A DNA stretch of 64,000 bases. Origin: Utricularia gibba (Eukaryota; Plantae; Magnoliophyta). Every line of letters starts with the position of its first letter. Position 1 is the first letter of the stretch. The notes below the pieces were generated by a model. That model was not told where the DNA came from. It saw nothing but the letters and a program-made list of their open reading frames with translations, and did no database searches. This document shows positions 40,701 to 54,994 of this stretch, piece after piece. The stretch is taken from positions 2,728,001 through 2,792,000 of the forward strand of contig NEEC01000008.1 in NCBI GenBank assembly GCA_002189035.1, written 5' to 3'. The translations under genes and the position numbers were made by a program.

Positions 40701-43700
40701 AATCAACATAGAAATGAAGACTTAAGTTTCATTTCTATCAAATTTTCATTCACAATTCGATGTACATAAGGTGTTTCCATGTGATCGAGGTTTACCATAT
40801 TTTTCCACCAAATGCTAGTAAGAGAAGTGTATTACAGGTCGTGGGCTTGTTCTTTCGTGGGCGCTATGTGCTATTTGTGCCATCGGCCACCTCTCCCACT
40901 TTTTGGGAGGTCAGGCAGCTTGGATCCATGCCTTGCATTCCACAGGATTCCAGATGTCTTTATCCCTCTTTACACTGCTTGGTCCTGGGCGTCAGCTTAT
41001 TACGGATGGTCTGAAAAGTCTCATCAAGGGGGCTCCTAATATGAATACGCTTGTTGGTCTAGGGCTTTATCATCCTTTGCTGTCAGCTCTTTGGCAGCCT
41101 TTTTGCCAAAACTGGTATTTGTTAACTGCATCCTTCTCAAACTCTATGTATTTGAATGTAGTTTGTAGTTTAAGTTACTTGCTATTTCTTCGGTGCTCTG
41201 CAAGATAGTTTTGATATTTTTACATAGTGTTCAAATGACGAGGACAGATGTATGGCCTTATATTGGTGATTTTGATCGTTCTATGATGTGTTTCTTGATC
41301 CAATATTTTGAACGAGATTTTTTGATAGGATTTTCATGCTGCTTTTCTGAATGGAAGTCTCTTTCTAGGGCTGGAGCACATTCTTTGAAGAACCAGTGAT
41401 GTTGATAGCATTTGTCTTACTTGGAAGAAACCTCGAACAGAGAGCCAAGATAAGGGCTACTAGCGACATGGCTGGTCTTCTGAGTATTTTACCATCTAAA
41501 GCTCGGCTTATAGTTAATGGCGATTCCAAGGGAATGAGCTCAGTTGTCGAAGTGCCTTCCGATAGTCTTTCTGTTGGAGATCAAATTATTGTTCTTCCTG
41601 GCGTAAGCAACAGATGAAATTATTCATCAATCACACCATGTTTGCATTTTAGGTGAATGTTATCATCTTTTTCTCAAGATGATGATTGTTCCAGGATCGA
41701 ATTCCTGCTGACGGGATTGTTAAGGAAGGCAGAAGCAGTGCCGATGAGTCAAGTTTTACTGGTGAACCTTTACCTGTCACTAAGTTACCCGGGGTAAACA
41801 TAATCCACTTATTTCTCCCCCAACCCCTTCCCACCCTTCATATGAAATTCAGAAGGGTAAATTCCCTTTTCGCTATTGTATTATGAGTCTTAGAATGGAG
41901 GAATGAGCTTACCTTATGTTCAGCAACAATTCTTGAATGTGTTCCATCTGTTAGTAGTGTGAAGGAAGCCATGTACTCAAAATTGCTGAAGCATTATTTC
42001 GAGATCTTGTTTCAGTCATTTCCATTTACTTTTTTCAAATTTTCAAAATATCAAGTGAGGTGCTCTTATAGGCATTGTTGTTTAACTCAGGTTGCATTCC
42101 TGTGATAGGCTGAAGTTGCAGCCGGAAGCATAAACCTAAACGGAAAAATTACAGTTGAGGTGCGGAGACCTGGTGGTGAAACTGCAATAGGAGATATTGT
42201 ACGTTTGGTTGAAGAAGCACAGACTAAAGAACCTCCTGTACAACGGTTGGCTGACAAGGTTCATTGCTTTCATCGTTCAATTGATTATTGATACTTAATT
42301 AATATCTGGAACTGTTTAATAACATTTCCTTGCCATTCCTTCACTCGACTTATCTGCTTTCCTTGCACATTAATGTTCTCTCCTGCTGGGTTAATGCTTT
42401 ACCAAGGCTCATCTATTTCCTAGGTTGCTGGACATTTTACATATGGAGTAATGGCACTCTCCGCAGTCACATTTCTTTTCTGGAATATATTTGGTAGACA
42501 AATTATTCCCGCTGCACTTCAGTATGGAAGTTCCGTGTCATTGGCCCTACAACTCTCCTGCAGTGTTCTGGTAAAAAGCATAATTAATCCTAATTCTTGA
42601 ACTTCCTTCTTGTGTGTTCTCCTACCGTTAGAAAGTTGTAATTTTTTTGCTATCTTCTTCTTACACACTAAATGCTCTTTGCTCAAGCTAGTATTTCATA
42701 CTGAAGTAGCCCGTTAGTTGTTTGGTGCAGGTTGTGGCATGTCCTTGTGCACTGGGACTGGCAACACCTACTGCTGTGCTGGTAATAGTTTTTAAAAGCA
42801 TATGCTACGGCCATGAATGTGGTTCGTCATGTTCCTCGGTTGAGTTGCTAGATTTTGCATTAGGTTGGAACTTCACTTGGGGCAAGAAGGGGACTCCTTT
42901 TGCGTGGTGGAAGTATCTTGGAAAAATTTGCAGCTGTTGACACCATTGTATTTGATAAAACAGGGACATTGACCATTGGAAAACCTACAGTGACGAAAGT
43001 TGTGACAAAGGACATTCAAGCAAATGCAGATACAGAGTTGAGTATGAGCATCTATCAATTTTATTTCTAACTAAAGAGGCTGCCGGACACTTAATTTCAA
43101 AGCGCATTGATTGATATATATGCTAATTAATTTTGTTTTTGCTGTCATTAAATATGATAGTGCTGTTGGTTTCAAAGTAATTGTAAGCTAGGTACTTTGC
43201 AGGAAAAATCCAATTTCAAATCACGTCTGGTCTGAACCTGAAGTTTTAGAATTAGCTGCTGGAGTGGAATCGAGTACTATCCATCCAATTGGGAAAGCAA
43301 TTGTTGAGGCAGCCACGGCCTCAAACTGCTTGAATGTGAAGGTTTTTTCCTCATTTGTGCTAGCATGTGAAAGAGAATTGAGTAACATACAGCCACATGA
43401 AAATCTATTGCTCTGTAATCTGGTTGCTTAATCAACTTTTTTACAACAATGGTTGTGTATGGTGGACTTGGTCTAACGTGTGTTGCATTCTTGCTTGAAC
43501 TTTTATCATGTAATTGCTGGATGTGCTTTGCATTCGAACTCATTCAGGTCATGTTTTAATGTTTGCATGATTGCTGTTATTGTGCATAGTCATTATTTTG
43601 TATTGGAGAATAACTTTGTTGAAGTATATGAAGTCCAAATTGAATCTTCTCTTTTGGCTTCTAGGTGGAGGAAGGATCATTCTACGAGGAACCTGGATCT

Positions 43701-44826
43701 GGTGTAGTAGGAACCATCAGTGGCCAAAAGGTGACTGTTGGTACAATGGAGTGGGTTCAAAGGTATGTTACGTGAAAAGCTGACTTGTGTGGCATTTCAT
43801 CTGTCAACTTTTTTTCCTCTTCACAAATGAACATTAAAGTTTCTGATGCATTGGTGTCCAAAATCAGGCATGGAGTTGGCTGCCTAGGTCCTTCCGTAGA
43901 AGTTGAGGAGTTCAAAAATCAGTCTGTTGTTTATGTTGGAGTGGATGATGCTCTTGCCGGAGTAATTTATGTTGAGGATAAGGTCAGGGAAGATGCCAGG
44001 CTCCTAATCGAGTCACTGAAACATCAAGGAATCAGCACTTATTTGCTTTCTGGTGACAAAAAGGGTGCTGCAGAGTATGTTGCATCAGCTGTTGGTATTC
44101 CAAATGACAGCGTGAGTTCTTGTGCTCTTTACTCATCTACCAAACCATATATCAAGAAAGCAAACTAAATGAGCTCATACTTCCCTTGGATTCCAGGTGT
44201 TATACAGCGTCAAGCCTCATGAAAAGAAAATGTTCATAGAGGAACTTGTGGCTGATGGTAAGATCGTCGCCATGGTGGGTGATGGTATCAATGATGCCGC
44301 CGCCTTAGCATCATCCCACGTCGGCGTCGCCATCGGCGGAGGCGTTGGTGCTGCTAGTGAGGTTTCTTCTATTGTACTGATGCAGAACAGACTCTCCCAG
44401 GTACACACACTCCACCAACTGCTTGCTTTGCAATAATGCCTCTCAGTTCACTGTTCCAATCCCAACCTTTCCATCTCCAGTTGCTAGATGCTCTGGAGCT
44501 GAGCAGACTAACCATGAAAACAGTGAAGCAAAACCTGGGGTGGGCCTTTTTGTACAATATAGTAAGTTCCCCTGCTGCTCTTTTTCAAACTACTCACTGT
44601 TCACTCCTTATCATCAGCTTCTCTGATTTCTCTCCCACAGATTGGGATCCCAGTAGCAGCTGGGGCGCTTCTACCCCTGAGTGGAGCCATGCTCTCACCT
44701 TCACTTGCGGGTGCACTCATGGGCCTGAGCTCCATCGGTGTGATGACCAACTCCTTGCTTCTACGAGCCAAATACACAGCGTACCATAAACGAGCACGTT
44801 CCCCATCCTCGCACAGATCTGTCTGA
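37749..44826 (+). CDS. HMA6: Chloroplast envelope Cu-transporting P1B-ATPase PAA1
   Basis: Transit peptide with Gly-rich stretch, GMSCGGC metal-binding domain, PNMNTLVGLG, FFEEPVMLIAFVLLGRNLE, DESSFTGE, VACPCALGL, DKTGT, GDGINDAAAL, WAFLYN, ALMGLSSIGV; stop at 44824-26. A G3 run at 41062-64 needs +1. Confidence 0.96.
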
Positions 44827-45461
44827 ACTTCTGTCACAGCCACATCATTTGCAGATTCTGGAAGCCACTCTGCATATAGAGAGGAAGCCTGAGGTGTGTG
44901 CCCAAGTGCACGCCAAATTCTTGCTTTGGTCGGCTTCGGCTTCTCCGGCGAGGAACCCAACCCTGCTTTTCTTTATCATGTCAACATTTCTCATCACAGA
45001 GGGGAATATTGATTGATATGCCTCTGCTTTCACTCAGCACACCATCTCTAAAAATAGTCTTATTTAAAACGTGGAATATTATTTTAAAAAAAAAAACAAT
45101 GTTTCATGATGGCTACATGTTTAATTTTTAAGAAATGAGAATATGCTGATCTAATAATTTGGTATGAATTGATAACATATAGCCATTGTTACGTTCTATC
45201 TCACATTTAAATAAAAAAATACATATAGTATGATCATTTTTTTACACAATGTTTAATATGTGACTAAATTTCTAGTTCATTTTATTATTATATTAGAATA
45301 TCGAACCGCGGTGAAATTTAGGACGAATCCCGTGCTGAAACGTGGCGCCGAGAACCAATGGGAGGGGGGAAGAAATCGTATCTGGACGAGCGATATGGGC
45401 CGTGTTTTTCCCAAGGTAGGCACCCACCTGCTTTCTCTGCCACCTCAATGCTGATCTTATA

Positions 45462-45471
45462 GCCACGTGGC
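45462..45471. promoter_or_regulatory. Perfect palindromic G-box GCCACGTGGC upstream of LNK
   Basis: 10-bp palindrome about 430 bp upstream of the LNK ATG; consistent with a light-induced clock gene. Confidence 0.6.
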
Positions 45472-45893
45472 GTCCTCTCAACGGTTCTCTCATTTTATTA
45501 TTATTTTTTTCTCACGCAAAAAGTTATTCTCGTTGAAAAACAACTAATTGTTATTCTCTCAGCCTTAACTAAGATTCTGGAACACTTTCCCGAACTTGTC
45601 TCCGGGGGCTTGAGCTCGTTGATCGCACGGTTGCTTCCGTCTTCTATATTCGCGCACTGGTTTTCGTTTTCCGGTGAGTTTTCTGGGAGCTTCAGCTATT
45701 CGTCACGGCTGTGTAGATCGCTGTTCGTCTTTTCAAGATTATCCTAGCTGGACTCATTATATATTTCTTTTTTCGCAGAAGGTGGAAGGTTTCTTCATCC
45801 TGTTAGAGGAAGGTCGACTTATTCTTGGATAGATCTCTGTATTCTTTCCTATTTACTGCTGGACTTTGGGTTCTGGGTGAATACTGGAAAGGA

Positions 45894-47935
45894 ATGTCCG
45901 AGTTGTGTGTTTATCAGGTGAGTCTACTGCGACCGACTTTGGTTTGAAGGGAATAAGTATACGTGATTATTTTTTATGTTTTCCTAGAAGTGTTCCTACG
46001 ATGTTTATTTGATAGATTTGGTTAATATTTTGTCGGTAGGGTGCTTCGAGATTTTATACGCAGATCAGACTGTTGTGCCAAGGTTATGTTTATTGTTTTT
46101 GGTAGCGAATTATGGTTTTGGATGTTGTCATTTCTATCAATATTTATGTTTCACTTATTTTCTGGAAGTATCTTCTGTTGTCCTTAGAGCGATACTATTT
46201 GCTTTTACAGGTTGAGGACATAGTTTGGAATGACTTTCTTTGGAGTGATGATCATATGATGATGCATCCTGGCGTCCAACAGCCTGATGCTCATTCTGTT
46301 CAAGGTGATAGCCTGAAGAGGCGTTGGAACCAAATGGCAAATGATTTTAATAGCCATGGAGATATAGATGCAGCTGAAGATGTTGATTGTGAGGCAGAAT
46401 TTAATGGGGAATGTTTATCGCTGGCCAAAAGACGAAAAATGTTGGGAATAGATTCTGATGCTTATGCCTCGTTAGACAATCGTGACAATGAAATTTGGGC
46501 AAATGAAAGTGTTATGGACGATGTGGCCAGAGCAGTTTGTAACAACTCGCTCAGTTGTCCTGGTGATGGCATTGCCAGCCCACTGGATGATCTGCAGTTT
46601 TTTGAGAATATTGATAGCAAAGACTCATGTGATTATTACGGCTTGCCTGAGATGGTAAACTTTGAAGATGTCGACATGATATTTAGGTAGTGTTCAACTT
46701 GTCGTACTAATAATCGTTCTTATTACATTTTCATCTTATACGGTGTACTCTTTTTTCCAGAACTTGTGATTCCACATTCGGGATTGAAACCGGAAAGGAA
46801 GATGAGCTGGCTTTGTATCCAACAAAATCTGTTGTAGAGTCTGGGGATTGTGACATGAATTCCCTTCACAAATCCACTATTCTCTTGCATCCAACCAATT
46901 ACCTACCTTGGAAGGCACCTATGACCCTCCGCATCAGGATGCTGATTTCTCAAATGGAAGTAAGGAGAAAAGTCACTTAGTACTTAAAGTAGTCTTTTTT
47001 TTTTCCCTTTTTTTACAATGAATATAGAAATACAGGTGAGTACGAGAGTCGTGTTGGCAAGCGTGGAGCCGACAATAATAGCCTTCCTGCATCTTCCTCA
47101 AATACACAAGACAACTCCACAGTGATCACTGAGGTGAATGATACTTGTTTGGAAGCAAGCAGTTTTCACCAGCTTCAGCTTGTTGTGGAAAAGGTATCAT
47201 TCATCCCTTTGACCAGCTGCCTTTCCGGTAGTTCTTGCTCTGCGATGTCGAGGTTCTGCCAATTTGATAGCCCTATAGCTACTTCCGCTTATTCTAAGAT
47301 GACTGAAAAATGGGTTTTAGCATGCAAGGTTGTTTGGTTAATGATATTTAGTTAGTTTGAATTAAGAAAACGATTCAGTAAGTTTTTGTTACATTGCTAG
47401 TGGATATATTTAGGATTTCTGTGCTGATGGCGAGTTCAGTGGCACTTGCTTCTAATCTTCATGCTTGAAAATGAAGCATCTTTCATCTCTTTGTGTTGCT
47501 TCTATTATACTCCAATGGGCTACGTCGGGTCAACTTTAATTATGCGAATTTCATCCAATTTTGTTTAATAAACACTGATCGCTGTTGCCTCCTGTATGTA
47601 TCAGTTGGATGTACGGACAAGGCTGCGGATAAGAGACAGCTTGTGTCGTCTGGCCCGTAGTGCTGAACAGAGGCACAATGAATCGACACCAAAGAGCCAT
47701 CTTGATGACGAGGATGACACAAGTGAATCTTTCCTCTCTGAAGCTGCACACAGGCATGAGTCTTCAATGCCATCTATGGTTAACATTCTGTCATGAGCTT
47801 TGTCTCATCAATCCATTTTGCTTTGGGATCTACAGTTGCATAAACATAGAAGCGGATACGAACCCCATCGACAGATCAGTAGCCGACTTGCTGTTTTCTC
47901 GGCCGTCTGAATCGTCATCACACAGACCTGGTTAA
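45894..47935 (+). CDS. LNK1: NIGHT LIGHT-INDUCIBLE AND CLOCK-REGULATED protein (LNK1-like)
   Basis: MSELCVYQ|VEDIVWNDF..SDDH, NFEDVDMIFR|TCDSTFG, LEASSFHQLQLVVEK|LDVRTRLRIRDSLCRLARSAEQRH, EADTNPIDRSVADLLFSRP. The 3' end is uncertain; there may be a tiny extra exon near 48014. Confidence 0.88.
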
Positions 47936-48729
47936 GATCCAGTAAGTTCTCAAAACCCACAGCAGATAATCAGGTCAATCCACCATTCTCATTCTTTTAT
48001 TCTTTCTTCACAGATTCATGATCCGCCACGAAACCACCTGTTTTCAGTTTCCAAGGGAAAGCCTTTGAATCAAGGTAGAACCCTGAATCCGGAGCTCAAT
48101 CTTGAACTTTCACTCTGTGCACCCGAGTTTTGATTTTGTTTAAGGTAACTCCCAGGAACGACCTGATGCATATATATGCTGTAAAATAGGGTTCACACTG
48201 TGCAACATGTTTCACATCATTGAGAATTGGTGTTGAAATCTGTTTTAGACAGCAACGGGGAAGCAAGGGGCAACGACAGATTTCCTAGTAAGCAGCTGAA
48301 CTCAAAAAGGCAGATGTCCCGGCGCACATCCATATCCCCATTTCCACAAAGCTCCACCCTGTCATGCCCTCCAGCTTCTTCCAATTATTCCAATCTTTAC
48401 ACCATACCATAGTCTGCATGAGCTTACATGATCTTTACACCCCGTTCTCTCTATTCTACCTGCTTCTAGAATGCTCTAGAACATCAGTTTAGTACCAAAT
48501 GCTTTGTAGAACTGGAATGCTCTAGGAGGAATGGCTACAAACATTTGATGATGCAAATCAAAGAGTTCAGTAACAGGACGAGGTGGGCATTTACCATTAT
48601 GACCACAGTTCAAAAATTCAACGCACAAAAACCAATCAGGTACACTCATAGAAGGCAAAGAGAAAAATTTGAGCTTGGACACCGGGATGTTTGCAGTGAC
48701 AAATAAGCAGGCAGCATGCGGTATTCTTG

Positions 48730-50099
<1,370 letters not shown>

Positions 50100-50938
50100 C
50101 TCCTTGTCTTACCTGAGGCAAAGAATTACATATATCCTCAATCTTTTCATGTATCACAAGTTTGCGGCATATAAGATATCACTTCTGGGAACAAATCTCA
50201 TTTCCCATATTCCATACACAGTGCCGAAACTCAAGCACAAATTCAATTCAGCGGCGTTTATGAGTGAACCCATTAAATGACAACCAAGATCGCTACTAAC
50301 ACACAGCAACTGACATTTATCTACATAAATTCAACTGTTCACGCACAGGTCAGGAAAACGAGACAGATCCAAGAATCAACAATATACGGCACAGCATTCC
50401 GCAACACACTCATTATGAACTTACACAAAACGAAGATCAAGTTGCGAACCTGGTAAATCCAAGACTAGATTGGCCTCCAAGAATCCCTTTGGAGGGTTGA
50501 TGTGAAACTCAACTGTGGAGGGTCGATGTGAAGCGGGTTCTCCAGTGGAGTTGGAAAGTGATAAAATGGATTCTGGTGCAGGCGCCATGACCTCTTTAAA
50601 AAACTAAGGAAAAAAATGTACGCTTTTCCTGAGATGCAAATGGAATTCAAATTCAAATGCAGGGTGTGAGAGTGAGGGCCGTTGGATTGATGCGTTACTG
50701 AATCGGACGGTGGACATCGCATGGACAGGCTCACATTGATTCAAGTGGTGGACATCCCTAGCTTTAAGCCTTTTGCCATCTCATCTACTTTTGAGGTCAT
50801 CCCCATGTGACAATGTGACCATCTTTTTATTTCTTTTTTCCTAAGTCAATTATTGCCAACTCCAACTGTTAAATTAATGTATTTTCATTATTTTTTTAAT
50901 TTTTTTTAGTAAAATTCTGGATCATTGGGTTCCACAAT

Positions 50939-50965
50939 TGGGCCTAACGAAACCCATTAGGCCCA
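50939..50965. promoter_or_regulatory. Inverted pair of site-II (TGGGCC/GGCCCA) elements in the ACT/PHL divergent region
   Basis: TGGGCC at 50939-44 and GGCCCA at 50960-65. Confidence 0.45.
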
Positions 50966-51542
50966 TTACGAATAAAACGGGCTGAGAAATGAGATGCCTG
51001 ATTCTTGCTCGGCACTGCCCAGTTGGAGATCACCAGATTCTTGCTCAGCTGCTACATCTTCAAGATGCCTGATTGATTCTCGGGTTCTTGAAACCCAGAA
51101 CCGAATTCTTCATCCCTTTTTGACCAAGGGAGAATCCACTTCTTTTGCAGTGGGAGCAAGCTCGCTTCTTTATCATCAGACTTCCCGCTTTCTGTCAGTG
51201 CTGTTTGTACTCTTCCAAGGACGATGAAGTTCCCAGATTCTATGTACGTGAAAACAGACAAGAAAAGAATGATAGCTGCTAAAACCTTGTGCTCAACAGC
51301 ATTAACACATGCTTGGAACTGAGATTAAAGTTTTGGAGTTTCTGGGAATCGTGATACTCCAAGAATATATGCTGATATGACGTATAATATGCGTTTTAAC
51401 AAAAAAGGAAGCAATGTTCTTCAATATCTTCAAACATTATCTTTACATGTAATATTGGAAGCAAGAATCTTGTGATGATAATGGAGACAAGTGTTTCAGT
51501 GTTTCAGGTAGTTGGTGCAAGGCAGGCAAAAGGGGGAGGAAA

Positions 51543-52840
51543 ATGCAACACAGCAGAAGCTTTGGAAGCGCGCTCATGGCCCAAGAACTTGAGAGCCGTC
51601 TTCTTCCTCCAAAGCTAACAGGAAATGAGTTGGAGGAGCGAGATGCCTGCGTTTCTTCTCACAGGGGGCTACTTTCTCATATGAACAGTGGGGCTGTTTT
51701 TAGAAACGGTGTGGAGGACCTTTATGGCAGACCGTACCCGGTGCTTGAGCCCTGGACCTCTCATGGCTTCCATGGCAGACATGTCATTAGGTTGAATATG
51801 CCCCCATCATACTGTAGTAAAATTCCTCCCATTTGTGAAACTGGGCTCCTGAAGCTGAAGCTACTAGATCACTCAAAGACCCCAGATCATCCTGCTGTTA
51901 CCTTCTGCTTCAGAGATTCCCAAGTAAGCAAGCCACTCCCTTCATATTCACAGAGTATGATCCATGGCGCCGAGTTTAAGCATCGGATGCGTCGCAGGGG
52001 TGCACATCAAGCAAACTGAGAATAAGGTGGACGCAGGATCTTCACAACAGGTTTGTGGAGTGCGTGGACCAGCTCGGAGGCTCTGAAAGTAAGTTCAGTT
52101 TTTGTTGCAGCTGCTGTTGCCTCGGGTTTCCCAGACTGATCTGCTTCTGGTGTGCATAGAGGCTACGCCAAAGCAAATTCTAAAGTTGATGGATGCTGGG
52201 GGACTCACAATCTTCCATATCAAAAGCCATTTGCAGGTCCATCCCAGCTCAGCTTAGTAAATTTCTCCTGTGTAGTAGAGTTAAGCTTTTTCAAGTTGGT
52301 TTTCCTGCAGAAGTATCGGAATGCTAAGAGCGTGCCTAGTTCATCCCAAGGTACAAGAAACAAATTCATAGCAAGTGTCACAAGCCCCCATAATCGTGTC
52401 TCACTGTAATCAATGGCAGGTAAAAGAAGAGAAACAGGAACTGGTTCAAGTTCGAATATCTCTACCCAAAACGACAATCACAAGTATTTTCAATCGCAAG
52501 TTCGATTTACAAAATGATTACTTTAGTAGCAGAGGGAGACTAAAGTAAGTAATGCACTTCCTCCCAGTAGGTTGCAGATCAAGGAGGCGCTTCAGCTGCA
52601 ACTGGATGTTCAGAGGCGTCTTCACGAGCAACTAGAGGTAACACTGATAACAGTACATCATGCATTCAAGTTGACGTATGTTTATTTTCATTCTGACCAC
52701 CAAGAAATGGAGTGTCATATTTATGCATTGTGGAGATGCAGATACAACGGAACTTGCAACTAAGGATCGAAGAGCAGGCGAAGCAGCTGAAGCTCATGTT
52801 CGACATACAGCGGAACGCAGCAGATACCCACCAATCATAA
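51543..52840 (+). CDS. PHL5: MYB-CC (PHR1-like) transcription factor, PHL5-like
   Basis: KLRIRWTQDLHNRFVECVDQLGGSE|KATPKQILKLM..LTIFHIKSHLQ|KYR and coiled coil QIKEALQLQLDVQRRLHEQLE|IQRNLQLRIEEQ; stop TAA 52838-40. A +1 indel is needed at about 51978-52000. Confidence 0.88.
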
Positions 52841-53665
52841 AGATAGAAGGGCATGTTTATATCAGAAACACCATGAATGATCATGTGTATATAAACTGTA
52901 GTTGCATATTTCTGCCAAACCGTCTAAATCCATCCCATTCCCACAAAACTTTATCATCCCGACAAGGCAAAGGTGTACAAGAAAAACGTGCTAGTTATTA
53001 CATTTTCTGACTCACGTTTATCCTAAACAGACTGTAGTGAAAGTATGACGGACATGACCGCAACTATTCAGGAAGTTACCTAACAGTTGTCCTAAAGCGG
53101 TTGAAGTAAGTTTCATTCTTGAAGGGGCGAACACAGAAACCTGCAGGTTCAACGTCTGAATTTTTATACACAAAGATCAATTTTTTTAATGTAAATAATT
53201 CACAATTTTTGAGCATCCACATTTTTTAGATACTTAAAATTATAAATTTCTATTATTATTATTATTATTAAACAATAAAAAATATAATATAAAAATATCA
53301 ATGATATCCCCAATCTTCACTATACCATCGAGAGCGTGTGAGGGTATTTTGGTCAAATGACTACTACGATTGTGCATCTTCTGGGATTTTATAGCATATA
53401 GTATCTTGAAAAACCTGGACATGGGAGGATTTCCTGGGGACCCGATTACCTTTAATCTGCTTCACTGTTTTCGAATTCGATGTTATGGCATGAAATCGGA
53501 CATGTCTTTTAACCTGAGATAATTTGAATGAAATTTGACTTCTTTTAATATTTTAAAATCGACTGATAAATCTACGAATCATGTCGAATGATTAACGGTA
53601 AGTGATTCAATATTTTTCTACTAGCATAATGTTGTTTGGATAACATTATGTTGAATAAACATTAA

Positions 53666-53904
53666 AGCAATGTTCCGGAATATTTCTCCGGAGTATTTCT
53701 ACTCCCCGAAAAATATAAAGTAGAAATAGAAATAATTTGTAGAAGTATGACTCTTGTTACTTTTAATTTCTACTGTTCGTATAACTTGATTTTAGAAATA
53801 TTTCTACTATAATTAAAAGTAGAAATTAATTGTTTTTCGTATAAAAATTATTTTTATTATTTCAAAAGTAGAAATATTAACCAGAAATATTCCGGAACAT
53901 TGCT
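53666..53904. mobile_element. Intact Tourist-like (PIF/Harbinger) MITE, 239 bp
   Basis: Perfect 22-bp TIRs agcaatgttccggaatatttct (53666-87) / agaaatattccggaacattgct (53883-904), flanked by TAA on both sides. Internal AGTAGAAAT motifs occur in both orientations. Confidence 0.88.
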
Positions 53905-54228
53905 TAAATTTACATAGCTAAATTTATTTTTATTATATATTCATAATGGGTTCAATCAGATTCCATTAATTATAAAAAGAATTCATTTATAAAGCACTGA
54001 TGGCAGGTTTATATGGATTGACAAGTTAGGTCTTCTTTGGTATCAATATAGAAAATTTAAAAATAATTTTACTTTTATTAATTATAAATTTAATTATTAA
54101 TATCTATAATCAAATATATTATTTTAATAAAAGAAAACCTACTCATCAACCCCTTATTCCGTTTTTACCCTTTCCCCGATTTCAAGTTTTAACTACGATT
54201 TTGCTTATCAGGAATGTTTAAGGCATCT

Positions 54229-54386
54229 CCTTCTGAACCTGCCCTCTTCCCATTTCAAGCAGACTGAAATGGGAAGCTCTGAGCTACAAGACGATGGCGA
54301 CCCGGATGCCTTGTGCTGTGCAAACCCGATGCAGCGTCGGATCCGGGTCGCCATACTGTGGCCACTTAAACGATGGTTCAGGAAGG
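54229..54386. ncRNA. Candidate structured non-coding RNA or MIRNA-like foldback (unassigned)
   Basis: Three nested or adjacent stems: a perfect 12-bp stem (54246-57/54265-76), a perfect 14-bp stem (54294-307/54341-54), and an enclosing 11-bp stem with one bulge (54229-39/54375-86). GC-rich in AT-rich DNA. Confidence 0.4.
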
Positions 54387-54696
54387 CTTCTTGCATTAGT
54401 GACATCGAAATGCTTGATATTGATTAGAGGTTAGATGCTCCTTGGAGGAGCAATCATTTAGATTTATTAGTAGAACAGAGACAAATGATTTCAGCATAAT
54501 CCTATGCTCTTGATAATTTGGAATAGACTACTACATCATTGATCAGTACAACACAATGCATCACAAATCAAGCCATGGAGCCCCATAGCTTCATTTATTC
54601 CAAGTTCCTAGCTTTTCAAGTCAAGTATGAATGTGTGGAGAGGTGGAGGTAGGCGAGAGCGGATGGCTGTGGAGCGATGCAGGAGTAGTAGTTCCG

Positions 54697-54941
54697 TTAC
54701 GGGGGAGGAGGAGGTGGCGGGGGTCTGGGAGCCGGTGGTGGTGGCGAGGGAGGTGGTGGCGGCGAGGGAGGTGGCGGCAGAGGAGTGAGGGGGCAAAACC
54801 ATGGCGGCGGAGGAGGGAACCATGGAGGGGGGAAAATCCGGGGGGCAAGGGAATGCATGGTGGCCAAGGACCAAACCCAAAGCCTTCAGAAGTGGCTACC
54901 AAGAGACCCAAAAAGACAACCACCACATGAAGCTTCTTCAT
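54697..54941 (-). CDS. Small secreted proline-rich (extensin-like) protein 1
   Basis: Signal peptide MKKLHVVVVFLGLLVATSEG. Adding one C at the G6 run 54827-32 gives FGFGPWPPCIPLPPGFSPPPWFPPPPPWFCPLTPLPPPPSPPPPPSPPPPAPRPPPPPPPP*, matching its neighbour. Confidence 0.75.
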
Positions 54942-54986
54942 CTCCTTCATGGTCGCTGCATGGCACAGACTGCTGAACTCCTGGCC

Positions 54987-54994
54987 TATTTATA
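54987..54994 (-). promoter_or_regulatory. TATA box of Pro-rich gene 1
   Basis: TATAAATA on the minus strand, 46 bp upstream of the ATG. Confidence 0.7.

Noticed and set aside
54231-54241. CTGAACCTG as a telomerase RNA template for TTCAGG-type telomeres
   Set aside because: It is sequestered in a predicted stem, there is no USE/TATA Pol III promoter, and the recognisable land-plant TR motifs are absent.
54229-54386. Hammerhead or twister ribozyme (retrozyme)
   Set aside because: No CUGAUGA...GAAA core or twister consensus on either strand.
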